Shown: in pieces, positions 1 through 11,500 of the stretch
Layout of the letters: each line of letters opens with the position of its first letter
Position numbering within the stretch: the first letter of the stretch is position 1
Origin: Balanoglossus misakiensis
Lineage: Eukaryota; Animalia; Hemichordata
Assembly (NCBI GenBank): GCA_040954595.2
Contig: CM082584.2
Coordinates: forward strand, 418,181 to 482,180
Length of the DNA stretch: 64,000 nt
Reading direction: 5' to 3'
Program-made: the position numbers and the translations under genes
The notes under the pieces: generated by a model
Seen by the model: the letters and a program-made list of their open reading frames with translations, nothing else
What the model was told of the DNA's origin: nothing
The model's database searches: none

Positions 1-460
1 GAGCCAAATTAGACGGTCTTTTGTGGAATTTGTATCGATATATACATACGAAGAGCATTCTATACTCCATCAGATTTCCAAAAATGTAGAAAACAGGTAT
101 TTTTTGTAATTTTCAAAAATTTACCATTTTGACCAAATTGTGGCTAAAATTGTTATTTTCGTGTTGAATGCCGCCAGAGTCACTGCTTTTAAAAGTCATA
201 AAAACTTTTAACATACAAGCAATTGTTTATATATGATCAGGTCACCGAATTAAAAAAATAAAGAATGTTTTGCCTAAAAATGACCTTTTTGGTGCAAAAA
301 CGAATAAAACGCAATTTTGTATTAAATCAGCTCATTCAGAGTGCATTTTTTATAATCAGCACCATTTTTACATATATTGGAAATTTCATACATCATCAGA
401 TATCCAAATATGAAAAAATGATTTAGATTTTAGATGATTGTCCAAAATTAGCTGATATCT

Positions 461-720
461 AATAAATGTAGTATTGAACCGTTCTGTCCCCCCCTACATT
501 ATATGCGGTACGCCGATGTCAGCTTACCCGGCAGTACTGCAGGCCGCGCCCCCAAATAACGTCGGTGTGTGAAACGCCCTGGTTAAATTCGGGCTTTCTC
601 TATAAATTAACAGGCAATAATGCAGTCCTACCCGAACAAATGTCGAGTGTTGACCCGCTGTGACTTTCCCTCTTCGGTTTGCCCGACTTAGCCAACGTCT
701 TTGTACTAGAGGGTCGGGTC
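461..720 (+). other. Unique linker of the monomer (representative copy) with variable poly-C tract and short dyads
   Basis: Occurs once per monomer. It contains a C-run of ~7-13 nt that differs between copies, an AATGTAG...CTACATT inverted repeat around the C-run, the GCAGTACTGC palindrome and a CCCGAC...GTCGGG inverted repeat. Confidence 0.85.
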
Positions 721-1570
721 TTTTGCCGAGCCAGGCCGAAGGAAATCCGACTTGATCACCGTTGCTAACGAACGCTAGTGTCTGTCGTGGTGTGCCGGGG
801 TTTTAGTCGAACCAGGCCGTAGGAAATCTGACTTGATCAACGTGGTCAATGTACGCGTGTTTCCGCTCTAAAGTGCCGGGGCTTCAGCTAAACCATGCCG
901 TAGGAAATCCGACGTAATCACCGTTGATAACTTACGCCAGTCTGTGTCATATAGAGCCGGTGCACCAGCCGAATCACGCCGTAGGAAATCTGACTTGATC
1001 AACGTGGTCAATGTACGCCTGTTTCTGCTCTAGAGTGCCGGGGCTTCAGCTGAGCCAGGCCGTAGGAAACCCGACGTGATTACCGTTGTTAACTTACGCC
1101 AGTCTGTGTCCTATATATAGTGCCGGGGCATCAGCCGTGCCAGGCCGAAGGAAATGTGAGTAGATCAACGTGGTCTCTGTACGCGTGTTTCTGCTCTAGA
1201 GTGCCGGGGCTTTATCCAAGCCATGCCGTAGAAAATCTGACTTGATCACCGTTGCTAACGTACGATAGTGTCTGTCATAGTGTGCCGGGGTTTTAGTCGA
1301 GCCAAGCCGTAGGAGATCAGACTTCATCAACGTGGTCTCTGTACGCGTATTTCTGCTCTAGAGTGCCGGGGCTTTATCCAAGCCATGCCGTAGAAAATCT
1401 GACTTGATCACCGTTGCTAACGTACGCTAGTGTCTGTCATATTGTGACGGAGATTTAGCCGAGCCAGGCCGTAGAAAAATCGACTTGTTCAACGTTACCA
1501 GTGTGCAACTGTTTCTGCTCTAGAGTGTCAGGGTTTTAGCCGACTTATGCTGTAGGAAATCTGAGTTGAT
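715..1570 (+). repeat. GC/CpG-rich 81-bp sub-repeat block (representative copy; ~10-11 subunits, A/B dimer 162 bp)
   Basis: The core G(G/A)AAATC-like motif falls at 741, 822, 903, 984, 1065, 1150, 1231, 1312, 1393, 1474 and 1555. Spacing is 81 bp except one 85-bp subunit with a CTATATATAG expansion. Subunits alternate between GATCACCGTTG...TGTCAT and GATCAACGTGG...CTCTAGAG types. Confidence 0.95.
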
Positions 1571-1599
1571 GAACGGGAATTCAATGTTAGAAAACCCGT

Positions 1600-2510
1600 G
1601 TGGAAAGTATCTCCTCCCGTTTGAAACTAAGAAAAGAATTTATTCTTATTCATTTTGTTAAAAAGACAATTTTTCGAAAAAAAGTCGAAAATGGTAATTT
1701 TGTCTTGGGTGATTCAAATTATACCACCTTTTCTGGAATTTGCAGCACTTTTTACAAGAGAACGACACTTCATGCTCCATAATATTTCCGAAAATGAAGA
1801 AAATAGTTAATTTTTTATGATTTTTTAAAAATTTACCATTTTTGTCAAAATATGGCCAAAATGGCTATTTTTTCTTGAATTCCGTCAATATCTCTGCATT
1901 TTTGGAGTGGTCGAAAGTTTTAACATACAATCAACATGTCATATATGATCAGGGCACCACATTTGAAGAACAAAGGTTTTTTTATTTTTTTTTCTAAAAA
2001 TGACATTTTCAAGGAAAATTTGGTAAAACGCAATTTTGTCTGCAGTGAGCCAAATTAGACGGTCTTTTGTGGAATTTGTATCGATATATACATACGAAGA
2101 GCATTCTATACTCCATCAGATTTCCAAAAATGTAGAAAACAGGTATTTTTTGTAATTTTCAAAAATTTACCATTTTGACCAAATTGTGGCTAAAATTGTT
2201 ATTTTCGTGTTGAATGCCGCCAGTGTCACTGCTTTTAAAAGTCATAAAAACTTTTAACATACAAGCAATTGTTTATATATTATCATGTCACCGAATTAAA
2301 AAAATAAAGAATGTTTTGCCTAAAAATGACCTTTTTGGTGCAAAAACGAATAAAACGCAATTTTGTATTAAATCAGCTCATTCAGAGTGCATTTTTTATA
2401 ATCAGCACCATTTTTACATATAATGGAAATTTCATACATCATCAGATATCCAAATATGAAAAAATGATTTAGATTTTAGATGATTGTCCAAAAGTAGCTG
2501 ATATCTAATA
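1600..2510 (+). repeat. AT-rich diverged ~167-bp sub-repeat block (representative copy; 334-bp dimer)
   Basis: TTTACCATTTT at 1832/2166 (334 bp). AATTTTGT at 1696/2032/2359. TATGATCAGG.CACC recurs 334 bp apart in most monomers. A half-period AAGAA(A/C)A...T-tract...AAAA motif occurs at ~1629, 1797 and 1966 (168-169 bp). Confidence 0.8.
1615..1631 (-). promoter_or_regulatory. CENP-B-box-like 17-mer (one per monomer; function unproven)
   Basis: The minus strand reads CTTAGTTTCAAACGGGA versus the human box CTTCGTTGGAAACGGGA: 14/17 identity and 8/9 core positions (TTAG instead of TTCG). Confidence 0.25.
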
Positions 2511-5500
2511 AATATAGTATTGAACCGTTCTGTTCCCCCCCCTACATTAAATGCGGTACGCCGATGTCAGCTTACCCGTCAGTACTGCAGGCCGTGCCCA
2601 CAACTAACGTCGGTGTTTGAAACGCCCTGGTTAAATTCGGGCTTTCTCTATAAATTGACAGGCAATATTGTAGTCCTACCGGAACAAATGTCGAGTGTTG
2701 ACCCGCTGTGACTTTCCCTCTTCGGTTTGCCCGACTTAGCCAACGTCTTTGTACTAGAGTGTCGGGTGTTTTGCAGAGCCAGGCCGCACGAAATCCGACT
2801 TGATCACCGTTGCTAACGAACGCTAGTGTCTGTCATGGTGTGCCGGGGTTTTAGTCGAGCCAGGCCGTAGGAGATCTGACTTGATCATCGTGGTCAATGT
2901 ACGCGTGTTTCCGCTCTAAAGTGCCGGGGCTTCAGCTAAACCAGGCCGTAGGAAATCCGACGTAATCACCGTTGATAACTTACGCCAGTCTGTGTCATAT
3001 AGAGCCGGTGCACCAGCCGAGTCACGCCGTAGGAATCTAATTTGATCAACGTGGTCAATGTACGCCTGTTTCTGCTCTAGAGTGCCGGGGCTTCAGCTGA
3101 GCCAGGCCGTAGGAAACCCGACGTGATTACCGTTGTTAACTTACGCCAGTCTGTGTCCTATATATAGTGCGGGGCATCAGCCGTGCCAGGCCTAAGGAAA
3201 TGTGAGTAGATCAATGTGGTCTCTGTACGCGTGTTTCTGCTCTAGAATGCCAGGGCTTTAGCCAAGCCATGCCGTAGGAAATCTGAATTGATCAACGTTG
3301 CTAACGAACGCTAGTGTCTGTCATAGTGTGCCGGGGTTTTAGTCGAGCCAAGCCGTAGGAGATCTGACTTGATCATCGTGGTCAATGTACGCGTGTTTCC
3401 GCTCTAAAGTGCCGGGGCTTGAGCTAAACCAGGCCGTACGAAATCCGACGTAATCACCGTTGATAACTTACGCCAGTCTGTGTCATATAGAGCCGGTGCA
3501 CCAGCCGAGTCACGCCGTAGGAATCTGATTTGATCAACGTGGTCAATGTACGCCTGTTTCTGCTCTAGAGTGCCGGGGCTTCAGCTGAGCCAGGCCGTAG
3601 GAAACCCGACGTGATTACCGTTGTTAACTTACGCAAGTCTGTGTCCTATATATACTGCCGGGGCATCAGCCGTGCCAGGCCGAAGGAAATGTGAGTAGAT
3701 CAACGTGGTTTCTGTACGCGTGTTTCTGCTCTAGAGTGCCAGGGCTTTAGCCAAGCCATGCCGTAGGAAATCTGACTTGATCAACGTTGCTAACGAACGC
3801 TAGTGTCTGTCATATTGTGACGGAGATTTAGCCGAGCCAGGCCGTAGAAAAATCGACTTGTTCAACGTTACCAGTGTGCAACTGTTTCTGCTCTAGAGTG
3901 TCAGGGTTTTAGCCGACTTATGCTGTAGGAAATCTGAGTTGATGAATGGGAATTCAATGTTTAAAAACCTGTGTGGAAAGTGTCTCTACCCTTTTGAAAC
4001 TAAGAAAAGAATTTATTCTTATTTATTTTGAAAAAATCACAATTTTTCGAAAAAAAGTCGAAAATGGTAATTTTGTCATGGGTGATTCAAATTATACCGC
4101 CTTTTCTGGAATTTGCAGCACTTTTTACAAGAGAACGACACTTCATGCTCCATAATATTTCCGAAAATGAAGAAAAGAGTTAATTTTTTATGATTTTTTA
4201 AAAATTTACAATTTTTGTCAAAATATGGCCAAAATGGCTATTTTTTCTTGAATTCCGTCAATATCTCTGCATTTTTGGAGTGGTCGAAAGTTTTAACATA
4301 CAATCAACATGTCATATATGATCAGGGCACCAAATTCGAAGAACAAAGGTTTTTTTTTATTTTTTTTTCTAAAAATGACATTTTCAAGGAAAATTTGGTA
4401 AAACGCAATTTTGTCTGCAGTGAGCCAAATTGGCCGTTTTTTTGTGGAATTTGTATCGATATATGTATACGAAGAGCATTCTATACTCCATCAGATTTCC
4501 GAAAATGTAGAAAACAGGTATTTTTTGTAATTTTCAAAAATTTACCATTTTGACCGAATTGTGGCTAAAATTGTTATTTTCGCGTTGAATGCCGCCAGTG
4601 TCACTGCTTTTAAAAGTCATTAAAACTTTTAACATACAAGCAATTGTTTATATATGATCAGGTCACCGAATTTAAAGAATAAAGAATGTTTTCCCTAAAA
4701 ATGACCTTTTTGGTGCAAAAACGAATAAAACGCAATTTTGTATTAAATCAGCTCATTCAGAGTGCATTTTTTATAATCAGCACCATTTTTACATATAATG
4801 GAAATTTCATACATCATCAGATATCCAAATATGAAAAAATGATTTAGATTTTAGATGATTGTCCAAAAGTAGGTGATATCTAATAAATGTAGTATTGAAC
4901 CGTTCTGTCCCCCCCCTACATTACATGCGGTACGCCGATGTCAGCTTACCCATCAGTACTGCAGGCCGTGCCCACAACTAACGTCGGTGTTTGAAACGCC
5001 CTGGTTAAATTCGGGCTTTCTCTATAAATTGACAGGCAATAATGTAGTCCTACCGGAACAAATGTCGAGTGTTGACCCGCTGTGACTTTCCCTCTTCGGT
5101 TTGCCCGACTTAGCCAACGTCTTTGTACTAGAGTGTCGGGTCTTTTGCAGAGCCAGGCCGAAGGAAATCCGACTTGATCACCGTTGCTAACGAACGCTAG
5201 TGTCTGTCATGGTGTGCCGGGGTTTTAGTCGAGCCAGGCCGTAGGAGATCAGACTTGATCAACGTGGTCTCTGTACGCGTGTTTCTGCTCTGGAGTGCCG
5301 GGGCTTTATCCAAGCCATGCCGTAGAAAATCTGACTTGATCACCGTTGCTAACCTACGCTAGTGTCTGTCATATTGTGACGGAGATTTAGCCGAGCCAGG
5401 CCGTAGAAAAATCGACTTGTTCAACGTTACCAGTGTGCAACTGTTTCTGTTCTAGAGTGTCAGGGTTTTAGCCGACTTGTAGGAAATCTGAGTTGATGAA

Positions 5501-8500
5501 CGGGAATTCAATGTTAGAAATCCGTGTGGAAAGTATCTCTACCCGTTTGGAACTAAGAAAAGAATTTATTCTTATTTATTTTGTAAAAAAACAATATTTC
5601 GAAAAAAAGTCGAAAATGGTAATTTTGTCTTGGGTGATTCAAATTATACCGCCTTTTCTGGAATTTGCAGCACTTTTTACAAGAGAACGACACTTCATGC
5701 TCCATAATATTTCCGAAAATGAAGAAAAGAGTTAATTTTTTATGATTTTTTAAAAATTTACCATTTTTGTCAAAATATGGCCAAAATGGCTATTTTTTCT
5801 TGAATTCCGTCAATATCTCAGCATTTTTGGAGTGGTCGAAAGTTTTAACATACAATCAACATGTCATATATGATCAGGCACTAAATTCGAAGAACAAAGG
5901 TTTTTTTTTTTTTTTTCTAAAAATGACATTTTCAAGGAAAATTTGGTAAAACGCAATTTTGTCTGAAGTGAGCCAAATTAGACGGTCTTTTGTGGAATTT
6001 GTATCGATATATACATACGAAGAGCATTCTATACTCCATCAGATTTCCGAAAATGTAGAAAACAGGTATTTTTTGTAATTTTCAAAAATTTACCATTTTG
6101 ACCGAATTGTGGCTAAAATTGTTATTTTCGTGTTGAATGCCGCCAGTGTCACTGCTTTTAAAAGTCATAAAAACTTCTAACATACAAGCAATTGTTTATA
6201 TATGATAAGGTCACCGTATTAAAAAAATAAAGAATGTTTTGACTAAAAATGACCTTTTTGGTGCAAAAACGAATAAAACGCAATTTTGTATTAAATCAGC
6301 TCATTCAGAGTGCATTTTTTATAATCAGCACCATTTTTACATATAATGGAAATTTCATACATCATCAGATATCCAAATATGAAAAAATGATTTAGATTTT
6401 AGATGATTGTCCAAAAGTAGCTGATATCTAATAAATGTAGTATTGAACCGTTCTGTCCCCCCCCTACATTACATGCGGTACGCCGATGTCAGCTTACCCA
6501 TCAGTACTGCAGGCCGTGCCCACAACTAACGTCGGTGTTTGAAACGCCCTGGTTAAATTCGGGCTTTCTCTATAAATTGACAGGCAATAATGTAGTCCTA
6601 CCGGAACAAATGTCGAGTGTTGACCCGCTGTGACTTTCCCTCTTCGGTTTGCCCGACTTAGCCAACGTCTTTGTACTAGAGTGTCGGGTCTTTTGCAGAG
6701 CCAGGCCGAAGGAAATCCGACTTGATCACCGTTGCTAACGAACGCTAGTGTCTGTCATGGTGTGCCGGGGTTTTAGTCGAGCCAGGCCGTAGGAGATCTG
6801 ACTTGATCATCGTGGTCAATGTACGCGTGTTTCCGCTCTAAAGTGCCGGGGCTTCAGCTAAACCAGGCCGTAGGAAATCCGACGTAATCACCGTTGATAA
6901 CTTACGCCAGTCTGTGTCATGTAGAGCCGGTGTACCAGCCGAGTCACGCCGTAGGAAATCTTACTTGATCAACGTGGTCAATGTACGCCTGTTTCTGCTC
7001 TAGAGAGCCGGGGCTACAGCTGAGCCAGGCCGTAGGAAACCCGACGTGATTACCGTTGTTAACTTACGCCAGTTTGTGTCCTATATATAGTGCCGGGGCA
7101 TCAGCCGTGCCAGGCCGAAGGAAATGTGAATAGATCAACATGGTCTCTGTACGCGTGTTTCTGCTCTAGAGTGCCAGGGCTTTAGCCAAGCCATGCCGTA
7201 GAAAATCTGACTTGATCACCGTTGCTAACGAACGCTAGTGTCTGTCATAGTGTGCCGGGGTTTTAGTCGAACCAAGCCGTATGAGATCAGACTTGATCAA
7301 CGTGGTCTCTGTACGCGTGTTTCTGCTCTGGAGTGCCGGGGCTTTATCCAAGCCATGCCGTAGAAAATCTGACTTGATCACCGTTGCTAACCTACGCTAG
7401 TGTCTGTCATATTGTGACGGAGATTTAGCCGAGCCAGGCCGTAGAAAAATCGACTTGTTCAACGTTACCAGTGTGCAACTGTTTCTGTTCTAGAGTGTCA
7501 GGGTTTTAGCCGACTTGTAGGAAATCTGAGTTGATGAACGGGAATTCAATGTTAGAAATCCGTGTGGAAAGTATCTCTACCCGTTTGGAACTAAGAAAAG
7601 AATTTATTCTTATTTATTTTGTAAAAAAACAATATTTCGAAAAAAAGTCGAAAATGGTAATTTTGTCTTGGGTGATTCAAATTATACCGCCTTTTCTGGA
7701 ATTTCCAGCACTTTTTACAAGAGAACGACACTTCATGCTCTATAATATTTCCGAAAATGAAGAAAAGAGTTAATTTTTTATGATTTTTTAAATGAAGAAA
7801 AGAGTTAATTTTTTATGATTTTTTAAAATTTAAAATTTACCATTTTTGTCAAAATATGGCCAAAATGGCTATTTTTTCTTGAATTCCGTCAATATCTCAG
7901 CATTTTTGGAGTGGTCGAAAGTTTTAACATACAATCAACATGTCATATATGATCAGGCACTAAATTCGAAGAACAAAGGTTTTTTATTTTTTTTTCTAAA
8001 AATGACATTTTCAAGGAAAATTTGGTAAAACGCAATTTTGTCTGAAGTGAGCCAAATTAGACGGTCTTTTGTGGAATTTGTATCGATATATACATACGAA
8101 GAGCATTCTATACTCCATCAGATTTCCGAAAATGTAGGAAACAGGTATTTTTTGTAATTTTCAAAAATTTACCATTTTGACCGAATTGTGGCTAAAATTG
8201 TTATTTTCGTGTTGAATGCCGCCAGTGTCACTGCTTTTAAAAGTCATAAAAACTTTTAACATACAAGCAATTGTTTATATATGATAAGGTCACCGTATTA
8301 AAAAAATAAAGAATGTTTTGACTAAAAATGACCTTTTTGGTGCAAAAACGAATAAAACGCAATTTTGTATTAAATCAGCTCATTCAAAGTGCATTTTTTA
8401 TAATCAGCACCATTTTTACATATAATGGAAATTTCATACATCATCAGATATCCAAATATGAAAAAATGATTTAGATTTTAGATGATTGTCCAAAAGTAGC

Positions 8501-11500
8501 TGATATCTAATAAATGTAGTATTGAACCGTTCTGTCCCCCCCCCTACATTACATGCGGTACGCCGATGTCAGCTTACCCATCAGTACTGCAGGCCGTGCC
8601 CACAACTAACGTCGGTGTTTGAAACGCCCTGGTTAAATTCGGGCTTTCTCTATAAATTGACAGGCAATAATGTAGTCCTACCGGAACAAATGTCGAGTGT
8701 TGACCCGCTGTGACTTTCCCTCTTCGGTTTGCCCGACTTAGCCAACGTCTTTGTACTAGAGTGTCGGGTCTTTTGCAGAGCCAGGCCGAAGGAAATCCGA
8801 CTTGATCACCGTTGCTAACGAACGCTAGTGTCTGTCATGGTGTGCCGGGGTTTTAGTCGAGCCAGGCCGTAGGAGATCTGACTTGATTATCGTGGTCAAT
8901 GTACGCGTGTTTCCACTCTAAAGGGCCGGGGCTTCAGCTACACCAGGCCGTAGGAAATCCGACGTAATCACCGTTGATAACTTACGCCAGTCTGTGTCAT
9001 ATAGAGCCGGTGCACCAGCCGAGTCACGCCGTAGGAAATCTTACTTGATCAACGTGGTCAATGTACGCCTGTTTCTGCTCTAGAGTGCCGGGGCTTCAGC
9101 TGAGCCAGGCCGTGGGAAACCCGACGTGATTACCGTTGTTAACTTACGCCAGTTTGTGTCCTATATATAGTGCCGGGGCATCAGCCGTGCCAGGCCGAAG
9201 GAAATGTGAGTAGATCAACGTGGTCTCTGTACGCGTGTTTCTGCTCTAGAGTGCCAGGGCTTTAGCCAAGCCATGCCGTAGGAAATCTGACTTGATCAAC
9301 GTTGCTAACGAACGCTAATGTCTGTCATAGTGTGCCGGGGTTTTAGTCGAGCCAAGCCGTAGGAGATCAGACTTGATCAACGTGGTCTCTGTACGCGTGT
9401 TTCTGCTCTAGAGTGCCGGGGCTTTATCCAAGCCATGCCGTAGAAAATCTGACTTGATCACCGTTGCTAACGGACGCTAGTGTCTGTCATATTGTGACGG
9501 AGATTTAGCCGAGCCAGGCCGTAGAAAAATCGACTTGTTCAACGTTACCAGTGTGCAACTGTTTCTGCTCTAGAGTGTCAGGGTTTTAGCCGACTTATGC
9601 TGTAGGAAATCTGAGTTGATGAACGGGAATTCAATGTTAGAAATCCGTGTGGAAAGTATCTCTACCCGTTTGGAACTAAGAAAAGAATGTATTCTTATTT
9701 ATTTTGTAAAAAAACAATATTTCGAAAAAAAGTCGAAAATGGTAATTTTGTCTTGGGTGATTCAAATTATACCGCCTTTTCTGGAATTTGCAGCACTTTT
9801 TACAAGAGAACGACACTTCATGCTCCATAATATTTCCGAAAATGAAGAAAAGAGTTTATTTTTTATGATTTTTTAAAAATTTACCATTTTTGTCAAAATA
9901 TGGCCAAAATGGCTATTTTTTCTTGAATTCCGTCAATATCTCAGCATTTTTGGAGTGGTCGGAAGTTTTAACATACAATCAACATGTCATATATGATCAG
10001 GCACTAAATTCGAAGAACAAAGGTTTTTTATTTTTTTTTCTAAAAATGACATTTTCAAGGAAAATTTGGTAAAACGCAATTTTGTCTGCAGTGAGCCAAA
10101 TTAGACGGTCTTTTGTGGAATTTGTATCGATATATACATACGAAGAGCATTCTATACTCCATCAGATTTCCGAAAATGTAGAAAACAGGTATTTTTTGTA
10201 ATTTTCAAAAATTTACCATTTTGACCGAATTGTGGCTAAAATTGTTATTTTCGTGTTGAATGCCGCCAGTGTCATTGCTTTTAAAAGTCATAAAAAATTT
10301 TAACATACAAGCAATTGTTTATATATGATAAGGTCACCGAATTAAAAAAATAAAGAATGTTTTGACTAAAAATGACCTTTTTGGTGCAAAAACGAATAAA
10401 ACGCAATTTTGTATTAAATCAGCTCATTCAGAGTGCATTTTTATAATCAGCACCATTTTTACATATAATGGAAATTTCATACATCATCAGATATCCAAAT
10501 ATGAAAAGATGATTTACATTTTAGATGATTGTCAAAAATTAGCTGATATCTGATAAATGTAGTATTGAACCGTTCTGTTCCCCCCCCCCCCCTACATTAT
10601 ATGCGGTACGCTGATGTCAGCTTACCCGGCAGTACTGCAGGCCGTGCCCCCAACTAACGTCGGTGTTTGAAACGCCCTGGTTAAATTCGGGCTTTCTCTA
10701 TAAATTGACAGGCAATAATGCAGTCCTACCGGAACAAATGTCGAGTGTTGACCCGCTGTGACTTTCCCTGTTCGGTTTGCCCGACTTAGCCAACGTCTTT
10801 GTACTAGAGTGTCGGGTCTTTTGCAGAGCCAGGCCGAAGGAAATCAGACTTGATCACCGTTGCTAACGAACGCTAGTGTCTGTCATGGTGTGCCGGGGTT
10901 TTAGTCGAGCCAGGCCGTAGGAGATCTGACTTGATCATCGTGGTCAATGTACGCGTGTTTCCGCTCTAAAGGGCTGGGGCTTCAGCTAAACCAGGCCGTA
11001 GGAAATCCGACGTAATCACCGTTGATATTTTACGCCAGTCTGTGTCATATAGAGCCGATGCACCAGCCGAGTCACGCCGTAGGAAATCTTACTTGATCAA
11101 CGTGGTCAATGTACGCCTGTTTCTGCTCTAGAGTGCCGGGGCTTCAGCTGAGCCAGGCCGTGGGAAACCCGACGTGATTACCGTTGTTAACTTACGCCAG
11201 TTTGTGTCCTATATATAGTGCCGGGGCATCAGCCGTGCCAGGCCGAAGGAAATGTGAGTAGATCAACGTGGTCTCTGTACGCGTGTTTCTGCTCTAGAGT
11301 GCCAGGGCTTTAGCCAAGCCATGCCGTAGGAAATCTGACTTGATCAACGTTGCTAACGAACGCTAATGTCTGTCATAGTGTGCCGGGGTTTTAGTCGAGC
11401 CAAGCCGTAGGAGATCAGACTTGATCAACGTGGTCTCTGTACGCGTGTTTCTGCTCTAGAGTGCCGGGGCTTTATCCAAGCCATGCCGTAGAAAATCTGA

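Noticed and set aside
715-1570. CRISPR-like regular repeats
   Set aside because: The intervening sequences are homologous to each other rather than unique spacers. There are no cas genes and the context is eukaryotic satellite.
10579-10592. Poly-C length variation between monomers as a regulated (phase-variation-like) switch
   Set aside because: No gene is affected. Slippage or homopolymer sequencing error explains it; the same applies to the T-run insertion at ~49932 and the long A-run at ~50382.
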